From IMG/VR virus record IMGVR_UViG_3300049794_000047: DNA of 64,000 nt; one strand, given 5' to 3'. Numbering within the stretch: the stretch's first letter is position 1; each line of letters starts with the position of its first letter. The notes beneath the pieces are model-generated. The model ran no database searches. It worked only from the letters and a program-made list of their open reading frames with translations, and had not been told where the DNA came from. This document shows positions 53,152 through 63,198 of the stretch, piece after piece. The stretch comes from a virus (lineage: Duplodnaviria; Caudoviricetes). Position numbers and translations under genes: made by a program.

Positions 53152-53399
53152 TCTTCGCTGAGAGGGATCCTAGAACTGTCGCTGCCAGGGCGTGCGTTGA
53201 TCACCATGAGCAAGGAGCCGACGAGTGAACGATGATTCCGCAACTTCGTGCTCGGGGACGTGTCGGAAAGTCATCTTTCCCTTTTCCTTCTGTAGTTGGT
53301 ACAAGGAGTCCGATGTGCATCGAGGGTGGGGCTGGAGCGACTTCTCCGTTGAGAAGCTGATCGTCAAGACTCGGGAGGAAGAAGATCCAATTGTCAACC

Positions 53400-53675
53400 T
53401 CCAAATCGACGGGCGCCCGGTCCTCTCTTGCTTGCAGATCGCATCCGAGCCGATGACACAGCGTGTGGACGAGAAGGGGATGAAGTGGTTCGCCAAGACG
53501 TGGGTGCCGGAGGTCGCCACCACGGTGTCGCGGCGCGGCCCGACGACAGCGTTACAGGCCTCGGTCGACGAGCGCAACCAGTGGACCGGCGAAGAGGGGG
53601 CGTTCTACGGCGACATGTTCGTGCCGATCGATCAGCCGCTCGAGTGGGTCGCGTGCCGCGGCGGCCCCCGCTCCG
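53400..53675 (+). pseudogene. fragment of a myxobacterial-type secreted protein
   Basis: VSRRG..EEGAFYGDMF..ACRG pattern, cut off at a repeat remnant. Confidence 0.4.
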
Positions 53676-53679
53676 TCAC

Positions 53680-54077
53680 CCCGAACGTTCGGGACCTCGG
53701 CCTGCTCGCTGGCATGCTCCGCAGGGCAAATGTGATAGAGCCTGCCCGAACGATTGACGCTCGGGACACCAAGCGCGCGAGGGAACTACAGGCACGAATT
53801 CGAGGGACAGCATCTGCCCGAACGGTTGACGTTCGGGATGAAGGCAAGTGGTCGCCCTCTGGGATAGAGCCTGCCCGAACGGTTGACGTTCGGGACGGAG
53901 CGGCCAAGCGCGAAGCAGCGCGTGGGGCGTCAAGGTGATAGAGCTTGCCCGAGCAGTTGACATTCGGGACCAACCGGCAGAAGTGCGCCGATCGCGCGTC
54001 GTGATAGAGCCTACCCGAGCGTTTGACAGGGGTCGGCGTACATGATGGAATCTGCCTGAACGGTTGACGTTCGGGAC
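53680..54077 (+). CRISPR. array B, about 7 degenerate repeats
   Basis: Same repeat family; first repeat loop-deleted (CCCGAACGTTCGGGAC). Confidence 0.85.
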
Positions 54078-54748
54078 GACAGGTAGATCTTGACCGCTCA
54101 GAATTCAGACTTCAATGATGTCGCAGGAAACGACGCGGAGACTCAGGTAAAAAGCACTGTCGTGACAGGGGGAGGGCGCGAGACCCCTTTGAATAGAGTC
54201 CGTGCAAGTGTAGTAAAGAATGTAATGGCAATTGAATAGCTGTTGACTGTTGATGGGGCTTGCCCGAGCGGTTGACGTTCGGGCAATCTGTACGACGCGC
54301 TGTGCCCAGGCTGGGTGATGGGGCCTGCCCGAACGACACCCGTTCGGGACCCCTGAGGCACGTCGCGGCTGATGTTGGCACTACGCGTGATAGAGTTTGC
54401 CCAAAACGGTTGACGTTTGGGGCCGGCAACCTGGCTGGTCAGGATCACGGGAGTGATAGAGCCTGCCCGAGCGGTTGACGTTCGGGACCACCGCGCGAGG
54501 ATGACGACACGACAGATTAACCGGCCTGCCCGAGCGGTTGACGTTTGGGACGATGAGCACTTCCTTGGGGCGCTAGAGCCTGTCCGAACGGTTGATATTG
54601 GTAATGCGGATACTGCTCGCGACAGCCGCTTGTACCGGCTGTAATAGAGCCCGCCCGAGCGGTTGACGTTTGGGACAAGGAGACAGCAACTGCGTACGAA
54701 GTGCTGGGCAATGTGATAGAGCCTGTTCGAACGGTTGACGTTCGGGAC

Positions 54749-54783
54749 AACCCGGCGGTGCTGAAAGCGCTGTCGGTTTCTTT
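54749..54783 (+). terminator. terminator-like spacer, copy 1
   Basis: 11-bp stem, GAA loop, TTTCTTT tail. Confidence 0.55.
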
Positions 54784-54836
54784 GTGATAGCACCTGCCCG
54801 AACGGTTGACGTTCGGGACATCATCGGCGGAAGTTA

Positions 54837-54922
54837 GGGGCTGGAACGAAATAACCTGGTCATTTCTGGTGGATCTTCGTCGGGGAATCGTTCAAATGAC
54901 CAAGTTAATAAAGTCCAGCCCC
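54837..54922 (-). mobile_element. 86-bp MITE inserted in a CRISPR spacer (TSD TTA)
   Basis: TIRs and TSD between the repeats at 54784 and 54928. Confidence 0.93.
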
Positions 54923-55332
54923 TTAGCGAGATGGAGCTTGTCCGAGCGGTTGACGTTCGGGACGTAAGGCTCGGCCACCTGCCGGGTCGTGCTGGAGCTC
55001 GCCCGAGCGGTTGACGTTCGGGACTGCGGGTCTTTGCCCCGCTTTGGCGGGGCCTCGATCGCAAGATAGAGCTTGCCCGAGCGGTTGACGTTCGGGATCG
55101 CAATCCAAGCAGGGGTGCTCGTCGGTCAACCGGGCTGCGTGACGACGCCAACCCACGCGAGCGGTCCTATGCGTCGAGTTGATGGGAAGGCGCTCGCACA
55201 AGATAAGCACAAGAAACGACACAGCTTTGCAGGTAAGGTCAATGTCGAAATGTTGAAGAGCCGTCTGTTTGAATGGGGTGCTCGCGATCAGTGCAGTAAG
55301 ATCGCGAAATGATAATCGAATAGTTGTTAGCT

Positions 55333-56835
55333 GTGATGGAGCCTGCCCGAACGGTTGACGTTTGGGACAAGTGGGACGGTGACGACGTGCCGGCCTTCAT
55401 GCGTGTGATGGAGCCTGCCCAAACGGTTGACGTTTGGGACGCTGGATGCGCGATGAGGACGACGAGCAGGCTCGAAGTGATGGAGCCTGCCCAAACGGTT
55501 GACGTTTGGGACCTACGCGAATGCGAGCGGTACTTTTGAATCACCGAGGCGTGATGGAGCCTGCCCAAACGGTTGACGTTTGGGATCCGGCGTGCGGACC
55601 GTGCGCCTGTGGTGCAAGCGGGAGTGATGGAGCCTGCCCAAACGGTTGACGTTTGGGACCCAAAGTCACCGAGGCGAACCGACACGGGAGATACGGCGTG
55701 ATGGAGCCTGCCCGAACGGTTGACGTTTGGGACGGGTGGACAGTGATCACCGCCATCGTAGCGCTCGCGTGATGGAGCCTGCCCGAACGGTTGACGTTTG
55801 GGACAGCCGTCGCCACGGATCCACCGCATCCACCTGCCTCATGTGATGGAGCCTGCCCGAACGGTTGACGTTTGGGACGAGAAGCAGGTCGCGGACACGC
55901 GGCGGCTGGTCAACGTGATGGAGCCTGCCCGAGCGGTTGACGTTTGGGACGCGGACAGCCCGACGCCCCCCTGATGAGCCTGCCCGAACGGTTGACGTTT
56001 GGGACGCGCCGTACGCCGTCGTGGGCACGGTGAATCCATTGGTGATGGGGCCTGCCCGAACGGTTGACGTGTGGGACGAGCTGGTGAGCACTTCAAACCC
56101 GGCATGCCGACTTGTGATGGCGCCTGCCCGAACGGTTGACGTTTGGGACTCGTCGCCACGCGTCCGATGCTCCCGGAAGACGCACGTGATGGAGCCTGCC
56201 CGAACGGTTGACGTTTGGGACCGGTGATGGGGCGTCATGGATCGTCGCCCTTCACGCGTGATGGAGCCTGTCCGAACGGTTGACGTTCGGGACAACCCGA
56301 CGGTGCTGAAAGTGCCGTCGGTTTCTTTGTGATAGCACCTGTCCGAACGGTTGACGTTCGGGACGCCGCGTGGCTCCGCGTGTGATAGAGCCTGCCTGAA
56401 CGGTTGACGTTTGGGGCCAACGTAAGGACGCGGCGCGTAGATCTGAATCGCCGTTGTGATAGAGCCTGCCTGAACGGTTGAGGCCAGGAGCGTGCGCGAT
56501 CGACGTCGCCATGCTCGCGGTGATAGAGCCTGCCCGAACGGTTGATGCTTCGGGACTATCCGACTGAACTGCACAAGCGCGGATTCAACGGCATGATGGA
56601 GACTGCCCGAATGGTTGACGTTTAGGACCAGGCTGCGCCGACAGCAACCGCGCGCCGGTTAAGCGTGATGGAGCCTGCCCGCGCGGTTGACGCTCGGGAC
56701 ACCTGTACGACGCGATGCGAGGAATGGACACAGGCCGGGTGATGGAGTTTGTCTAAGCGACTGACGTTATGGACGTGAGAATTCCGACGCGCACAAGATG
56801 GAGTGCGCTAATAGGCGCTTGCCCCAATGGTTGAA
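55333..56835 (+). CRISPR. array D, about 22 repeats GTGATGGAGCCTGCCC(G/A)AACGGTTGACGTTTGGGAC, own leader about 55160-55332
   Basis: Best-conserved block; mostly 35-38 bp spacers. Confidence 0.95.
56294..56328 (+). terminator. terminator-like spacer, copy 2
   Basis: Same hairpin with 3 pairing-compatible substitutions. Confidence 0.55.
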
Positions 56836-56873
56836 CCCCTCGACTACTTCACCAAACTCGCGAGGAAAACTGC

Positions 56874-57577
56874 GTGATAGAGCCTGCCCAAACGGTTGAC
56901 GTTTGGGACAACAGCGGGCACTCTAACAGACTCGGCGCGCGCCTGGTGATAGAACCTGCCCAAACGGTTGACGTTTTGGGACGCATGAGTCTCCACTCCC
57001 ACATCGACCTAGCTTTTGTGATAGAGTCTGCCCAAACGGTTGACGTTTGGGACCAGGTGCTCGGCATTGGGCCCGTCGATGTCGCCGCTGGTGATAGAGC
57101 CTGCCCAAACGGTTGACGTTTGGGACAAGTCAAGCCTGGGTGACGTGATAGAGCCTGCCCAAACGTTTGACGTTTGGGACAAGAGATCCACCAGGCGATC
57201 GCGCCGCTGGCACGCGTGATAGAGCCTGCCCAAACGGTTGACGTTTGGGACCGTCCCACAACACTGCCAACTACGTCGCCGCGTGATCGTGATGGAGCCT
57301 GCCCAAACGGTTGACGTTTGGGACAACCGTACGAACCTCGCGAGTTGTGATGGAGCCTGCTCGAACGGTTGACGTTCGGGACCTTACGAACCCACGGGAA
57401 AACGAGGATCGCTTTCTGGTGATGGAGCCTGCTCGAGCGGTTAATGTTTGGAACGGTCGGGTTTGTGGTTGATTGCCTTGACGGCAGCGTGTGATGGAGC
57501 CTACTCGAACGGTTGACGTTCGGGGACACCTGTACGACGCGCGGCACAGGATAGAGTCTGCCCAAACGGTTGACGCT
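56874..57577 (+). CRISPR. array E, about 11 repeats GTGATAGAGCCTGCCCAAACGGTTGACGTTTGGGAC
   Basis: Repeat conservation resets after the decayed end of D; no leader visible. Confidence 0.92.
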
Positions 57578-57649
57578 CACACCAACGGACTACAACTGAC
57601 GCGCGTTCCATTCCGGTTAGAACCCACGAGGGCACTCGGTTGTTCCAGC

Positions 57650-57991
57650 CTATTCCGTGGGACACGTTTTCCGCTCCCCGGTGAGGTACCGTAGGAGATC
57701 GATCCTCCCACCATAACTGGCGAGGATGATCTGCGTACCCGCGAGATGGCAAGCTGCCAATCGATGATGCCCGTCGAGCAGGATGGGCTCGGGATAGATC
57801 TGACCGAAGTCGCAGCAGTTGTCGACGTTGATCGCATCCAGCGTCTCGCCTCCCAGCAGTCCCTCGTAGAAGTAGCGAATCCGGCCATAGTCCCATGCGC
57901 GTGTGGGGCGCCTTCGGCTTCTCTGCACGTCACTCACGTAGGCCGGCTGCGCGCGATACCGGAGAAGTTTCGAGATCGTCATCCCCCGCAT
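57650..57991 (-). CDS. ParB/Srx-like small protein
   Basis: ILLDGHHRLAA motif; start uncertain. Confidence 0.55.
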   Translation of the reverse strand: MRGMTISKLLRYRAQPAYVSDVQRSRRRPTRAWDYGRIRYFYEGLLGGETLDAINVDNCCDFGQIYPEPILLDGHHRLAACHLAGTQIILASYGGRIDLLRYLTGERKTCPTE

Positions 57992-58318
57992 AGGAAGATT
58001 CCACTCGGGCCAGGCATAGAGTTCCCAGAGGCGCGCTACAAGCAGCTTGCTGTGAGTGTCCACATCACCTCTTGTCACGATCCTACAGCAGTGGCAGATA
58101 AGCTGCTCGCGAAATTGCGGGCGCGTGGAGTCGACACGTGACCAAACCAGCGCCGTGAACATCGATGCCACACTGCTGCACACTAGGATGCGTGTCAGGT
58201 GCCACCCGACGTGCGCCCCGCGAGCACCCGGTTGCAGCTGAAGGCCACGTAACCCCCGCAAAAATCAAGGGACCTGGACTCTTGCATCCGGTCTCCAAAA
58301 GGTGTAAGAGCCTACGAA

Positions 58319-58930
58319 ATGGCTTACGACGGACTCACAACCGGACAGGCGGCCCTCTACTTGAAACGTCATCCCAAGACCCTTCAGGGATGGGACCGTG
58401 ACGGTTCGCTTCCCGCCAAACGCACGTCGACAGGACGACGCTACTGGCTGAAGACGGACCTGGATCGTTATCTCGGCAAAACGAGTCTCGTGGTAGAGCG
58501 TGTGAAGATCGCCTATTGTCGTGTCTCCTCCCAGGCACAACGGGCTGACCTCAAAAATCAGAGGGCCGTCCTGGATGACTTCTGCGCGAAACAGGGCTTC
58601 TCGAATGTCGAGCACATCGCAGAGATCGGCGGGGGCCTGAACTTCAAACGAAAACTCTTTCTGTCGATCGTGGATCGTGTCGTCAGCGGCGCGGTGTCGC
58701 ATCTCGTGATTGCACACAGGGATCGCTTGACACGGTTCGGCTTTGATCTGCTCAAGCACCTCTGTGACACACATGATTGTGCACTGCACGCCCTTGACCA
58801 AGAGAAACTCTCGCCAGAGCGAGAGATGGGCGAAGACCTGAGGACGATCGTCCACTGCTTCTCGGCACGGCTCGAGGGTCTGCGAAACTACCACAAGTCG
58901 CTTCAGGCGGCTCTAGCGAGCAGGACGTAG
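58319..58930 (+). CDS. tnpA: IS607-family serine recombinase TnpA (no adjacent tnpB)
   Basis: MerR-like HTH, AYCRVSS..QRADLKNQ, GGGLNFKRK and RDRLTRFGF; IS607 left end at about 58281. Confidence 0.92.
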   Translation: MAYDGLTTGQAALYLKRHPKTLQGWDRDGSLPAKRTSTGRRYWLKTDLDRYLGKTSLVVERVKIAYCRVSSQAQRADLKNQRAVLDDFCAKQGFSNVEHIAEIGGGLNFKRKLFLSIVDRVVSGAVSHLVIAHRDRLTRFGFDLLKHLCDTHDCALHALDQEKLSPEREMGEDLRTIVHCFSARLEGLRNYHKSLQAALASRT

Positions 58931-58933
58931 ACC

Positions 58934-59554
58934 GTGCTCGTCTGGATCGACCTGGAGGCCACGAGTCTCTGCGTCCACACGCAAGTCCTGCTCGAAGTGG
59001 CCGCAATCGTGACGGATGACCGGCTCCGGGAGGTGGGCCGGTTCCACCGTGTAGTGCACTGGCCGCCAGCAGAGCAACTCGCGTCCCTGGAGCCCGACAG
59101 CCCAGGCGAAGCGTTTAGGCTCGATGCGGAGCTGATGGGAATCGACCGCGTGGTCATCGAAATGCATGCGAAAAATGGACTGTGGGCCGAGTCGGCGCGG
59201 TCTCCGCACCGCTTGACAGTCGTTGATAACCAATTCGCTGAGTTCCTCGCACAGACCGCAACAGCTACGGACCCAGCAACAGGACAGCAGACCAAAGCGC
59301 AGATCGCGGGATCGTCGATCTGGTTCGACCGCTTGCTCATGATCTCTAGCCTGCCGCGTGCACTTGAGCAACTCCACTATCGCTGCGTCGACGTCACGAC
59401 CCTGAACGAGCTTGCACGACGATTCTGGCCCGGGCTGCTTGGTGGAAAACCCTGCAAGCGAGAGATCCACCGCTCGATGTCTGACATCGAGGACAGTCTT
59501 GAGCTTTGCCGTTACTACGTCGAACAAATTGCCCGTGGGGAAAGGAGCTGTTAA
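58934..59554 (+). CDS. orn: oligoribonuclease (DEDDh)
   Basis: WIDLE, EVAAIVTD, MHAKNGL, GSSIWFDR, LHYR.VDV and HRSMSDIEDS. Confidence 0.85.
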   Translation: MLVWIDLEATSLCVHTQVLLEVAAIVTDDRLREVGRFHRVVHWPPAEQLASLEPDSPGEAFRLDAELMGIDRVVIEMHAKNGLWAESARSPHRLTVVDNQFAEFLAQTATATDPATGQQTKAQIAGSSIWFDRLLMISSLPRALEQLHYRCVDVTTLNELARRFWPGLLGGKPCKREIHRSMSDIEDSLELCRYYVEQIARGERSC

Positions 59555-59894
59555 CTGATATGCCAAGGAATTCAGATCCGCCAGCCTCAAGCCAAGAGAA
59601 GGCGAGCGACCTTCACACAAGCCTCGGCGAGGTCGTCTGGTGCGTCGACCTCGATCAAGCGGCGTGCTCGCCGGGGCGGTTGGTGCCTGCCGACCCGAGC
59701 CTCTGATGCTGCACGAAACGAGACTTGAGAACGCGGGCTCCTACTACGCATGGTGTTGCACCTGTGGTCGGACGTCGCGACACCTCGCACCACTGCAGGC
59801 TGCTGATCGCAACGCCAAAGCCCACGAGCGAAAGTACAACAAGCAGTCGGATGCCGTCGGCTCGGTCAGCGAGAGCAAAGGTGGCGGGGGGTAG

Positions 59895-60545
59895 ATGGCG
59901 AAGCACCATGGATCCGAAGCCGAGCTTGCCGCGGGGGTTGTTGCTTGGCTTCACAGCAGCGGGGCCGAGGTGTATCAGGAGGTCGAGGTGCCTGGCGGCA
60001 TCGCCGACATCGTCGCGTGTGTGGGTGCCGAGCTCTGGATCATCGAGACGAAGCTGAGCCTCTCGCTCACGCTTCTTGTCCAAGCGATGGATCGCCGCAG
60101 GCTCGCGCACCGCGTGTACTGCGCCGCGCCGCGAACTCGCACGAGCCGGGACTTCGGCCGTGTTTGCAAGGAGTTGGGCGTGGGTCTGCTCGAGGTCTAC
60201 ACAGGGGGTGATAACACGTGCGTCAAGGAAGCCGTCGCATCCAGGCGCTGGAACCGGCGCCCGGCGGTGCTGGAGGGGCTGCTCCGGGCAGAGCACCAAA
60301 CGCACGCGGTCGCGGGAACGAACGGCGGGCGCTGGACACCGTTCCGTGACACCTGCGCGCAGTTGCTGTCCGTCGTCACGGCCGAGCCCGGCATCCAGTT
60401 GCGAGATGCGATCGAGACGATCCGCGACCACTACAGCAGCAAGAGCGCGGCACGGTCCCATATGGCGCGGTGGATCGCGATGAACAAGGCAGCTGGCGTG
60501 CTGCTCGTCGAGGGTGCTCTCTGGCCGACTGGCGGTGGGACGTGA
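59895..60545 (+). CDS. PD-(D/E)XK nuclease-fold protein
   Basis: QEV..ADIV..IIETK..Q motif. Confidence 0.65.
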   Translation: MAKHHGSEAELAAGVVAWLHSSGAEVYQEVEVPGGIADIVACVGAELWIIETKLSLSLTLLVQAMDRRRLAHRVYCAAPRTRTSRDFGRVCKELGVGLLEVYTGGDNTCVKEAVASRRWNRRPAVLEGLLRAEHQTHAVAGTNGGRWTPFRDTCAQLLSVVTAEPGIQLRDAIETIRDHYSSKSAARSHMARWIAMNKAAGVLLVEGALWPTGGGT

Positions 60546-60943
60546 CATTTCGCAACCGCCGCACCGGAGGCCCTGCCGGGACACACCCTGGCGCTCGATC
60601 AACAGCAGCCCTCTCCGCACCTGTTGAGCTATCCCGGGACCATACGCAGAGAGCCTCGATCCCTCCACATGAGGAGCATGGGCATGACCCGTAAGAGCAT
60701 TTCAACAAAGGCAACTCGTCGTTTGCGACGTCCCAGCAAGCACGTTGGTAGTTACGTCAACGCGGACGGTGAGGACAAGCCGACCCGCGACACCCTCGCT
60801 TTCGAGGCGTGCGCGGACGGCACACTCATCATCTATGCCACGTTGCCCGACGGAGACGGCGAGCCGATCCACATCGAACCTGAACGTGTCGGTTCGCTTC
60901 TGGCCTCGTGCGGTGATGCCCTCGCGAGGAAGCCAAGCAGGCG

Positions 60944-61270
60944 ATGACTCAAGAAGAAGAGCTTCACGTCCTCCGTGTGCGCGTCGCCGAGTTGGAGGCT
61001 GAGCGTGATCGGAAGCTCCCGATACCGATGAGCGCATCAGACAAACTCAAGTGCCACGTCAAGGCATGTCCCATCGGCTGGCACAAGGGGCAACTGAAAC
61101 TTCACCGTGCAACAACCACTACTGACGTGACTGCCTGGATTCAGGAGCTTGATCGGCTCGTTGGAGTACAATCAAATACTGCGACTAAAACACGCTTGCC
61201 GAAACCGTACGCGGGGGGACCAAAGATCGACGCTGTTGATCGGCTTTGGAGATATTTTGGAGGTTTGTAG
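60944..61270 (+). CDS. hypothetical protein
   Basis: ATGA-coupled to the upstream ORF. Confidence 0.55.
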   Translation: MTQEEELHVLRVRVAELEAERDRKLPIPMSASDKLKCHVKACPIGWHKGQLKLHRATTTTDVTAWIQELDRLVGVQSNTATKTRLPKPYAGGPKIDAVDRLWRYFGGL

Positions 61271-62569
61271 AAGAATAGCGGCGACTGAATATTTTTGGGG
61301 CCGGTACTGGGAACAGCGTCGCAGCTGACCAAGCAACCGTCTCCTCGCAGCTAACGAGCAGCTTCAAAGCCCCGGCCAGTGTGTTAGGATGAGCCTATGA
61401 CCACCCAGGAACATGCTCAGAAAAGTGACGGTGCCCGTGCGAGGCAGGCGCCGGGCCTTTTGGAATGCGATCATTGCGGTGGCGGCGGTCGACATTGGTA
61501 TATTCCGCTGACAGATGAAACGCTCTGTCACTCGTGTTACGAGTGGCTACTCGATCGACTGAGCCCAGAAGGCGCGGCGGCGCCTGGTCAAGTCGCAGCC
61601 CGGTTTCTGGCGGGACTTGGCGACGATTCCGCTCGGCTTCCAACTCCTCGAAGAAGCGCGGGCGCAGCGCTTCTTGTGCCAGATCCTCTCGAAGAGCCCA
61701 CGCAAGATCCCGGCCGCCGCCGGCGAGAAGATTGAATGGTGTGTCAAGCACGTGCCTGACCTGCCCATCGTGCTGTCCGAAGACAAGGGCCTCGTCTACG
61801 GCAAAGCTCTTGTGCGACGATTGGCCTGAGTACATCGAGCGGTGGCTCACCTGGCGTCCGCGCGGCCTCGTGGTTGCGGTTGCGGTGGCTCAGCGGTGGA
61901 ACGTCGGCATCGACCAACGGTTCCCCAAGAACGTCGTTAGGTTCGACGGGTCGAATTTCGCTTATGTTCGAGAGCGCATGCAGGAGATTCGCGCGACGGC
62001 GGGTCAGGCATAAACATGGATGTGCAGGGAACGGATCGGTCTATACACGCAGCTGCGAGGGGTACGTCTACATCGGCGACCAGGGCATCGAAGTCTGTGA
62101 GACCTGCGGGGGCTGTACATGCTGCCGTCACGCGGACGTCGACCACCGCAAGGCTCGCTACAGGTGCTGGCACAATCGTGAGAGCACGGCGTGTCTGCTC
62201 GTTGGTAAAAAGCAACTTCAACCATGACTGCAAGAGAGACCAACGCCCATGAGAACCCGGGCGTTGTCTGCCTTGCAACTAGACAGGACACCCGACATGG
62301 AAACCAAGATGACTCTGGCACAAGACGAAGGTCCAGGCCCAACGCCGACATTCGACATCACGCTTGGGCACAGCGCTCGGCACTCACAGGGTCTCCTGCG
62401 ACTTCGTGCCGGGATCGAGATCTCCGGCACCACTGAGGCCACCCTGACCGCGCGCCCGACCAGCGCGTTTTCGCCCGCGCAGGCTGGCGATTTTACCGCC
62501 ATTCGCGCGTCGATTTGACATCATTGATTTGAAGGTTGGGTTTGTCAGTGTGTTCGCTGACGACAGTAA

Positions 62570-62655
62570 GGGGCTGGACTTTATTAACTTGGTCATTTGA
62601 ACGATTCCCCGACGAAGATCCACCAGAAATGACCAGGTTATTTCGTTCCAGCCCC
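62570..62655 (+). mobile_element. 86-bp MITE copy (TSD TAA)
   Basis: TIRs and TSD. Confidence 0.93.
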
Positions 62656-63198
62656 TAACGGTGCCGTCGCGAGGCATGCTGACGGCAGTACCTGTCTATA
62701 CTGTCCCGCGCGCCGGTACGAGGCCGTCTATCGATTCAAGCACACAACGTCAGTGCTAGACATCTTGGCCAACCCTGGACCTGCGCGGGCGCTCGTTACC
62801 TCGTCCGCGCCCAGCATACTCGGTCACGAGATCTCGGCGAGGACCTGCCATGCATGGCAGGACATTTCGATCACGGTGCGCGCCTATGAGGGCCACCCCA
62901 GTGACTTCGAGGCGATTCTCCTGGGTGACTTTCGAGAAGCGGGAATCTGTCGCCAGGGGCACGACGGCGAGGACATTTTCGTTGACGATGTAGTCAGGGC
63001 ATACCTCATGACACCGGACGGACGGTACGACCCCACGCTCGACGACGTGCTTCGCCACGTGCAGGGCCTTTGCCCTGCCTGGGTAACAATGCGCGATGAC
63101 GTGAGCCGTCTCGTCGAGCTGTACACGTCGGGTGGTTGACCTGGCCTCTCACGATCGCTGAACGAGGCCACCGCGTCAGGGACTGGCAACCCCGCGAG

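Larger units (their letters stand above)
54249..55098 (+). CRISPR. array C, about 12 degenerate repeats, own leader about 54125-54248
   Basis: Repeats plus homologous leader; MITE inside a spacer. Confidence 0.9.

Noticed and set aside
50633-57577. Self-targeting spacers or a tracrRNA anti-repeat
   Set aside because: None found by eye in the window; needs an exhaustive alignment before being excluded
50383-57694. Many ORFs across the arrays (VPNVNRSG, SQTSTVRAG, MEPARTVDVWD repeats)
   Set aside because: These are translations of the CRISPR repeat in stop-free frames, not protein repeats
11072-62655. MITE copies as integron attC sites or CRISPR repeats
   Set aside because: They are dispersed in both orientations with 3-bp TSDs; no integron integrase or GTTRRRY core arrangement
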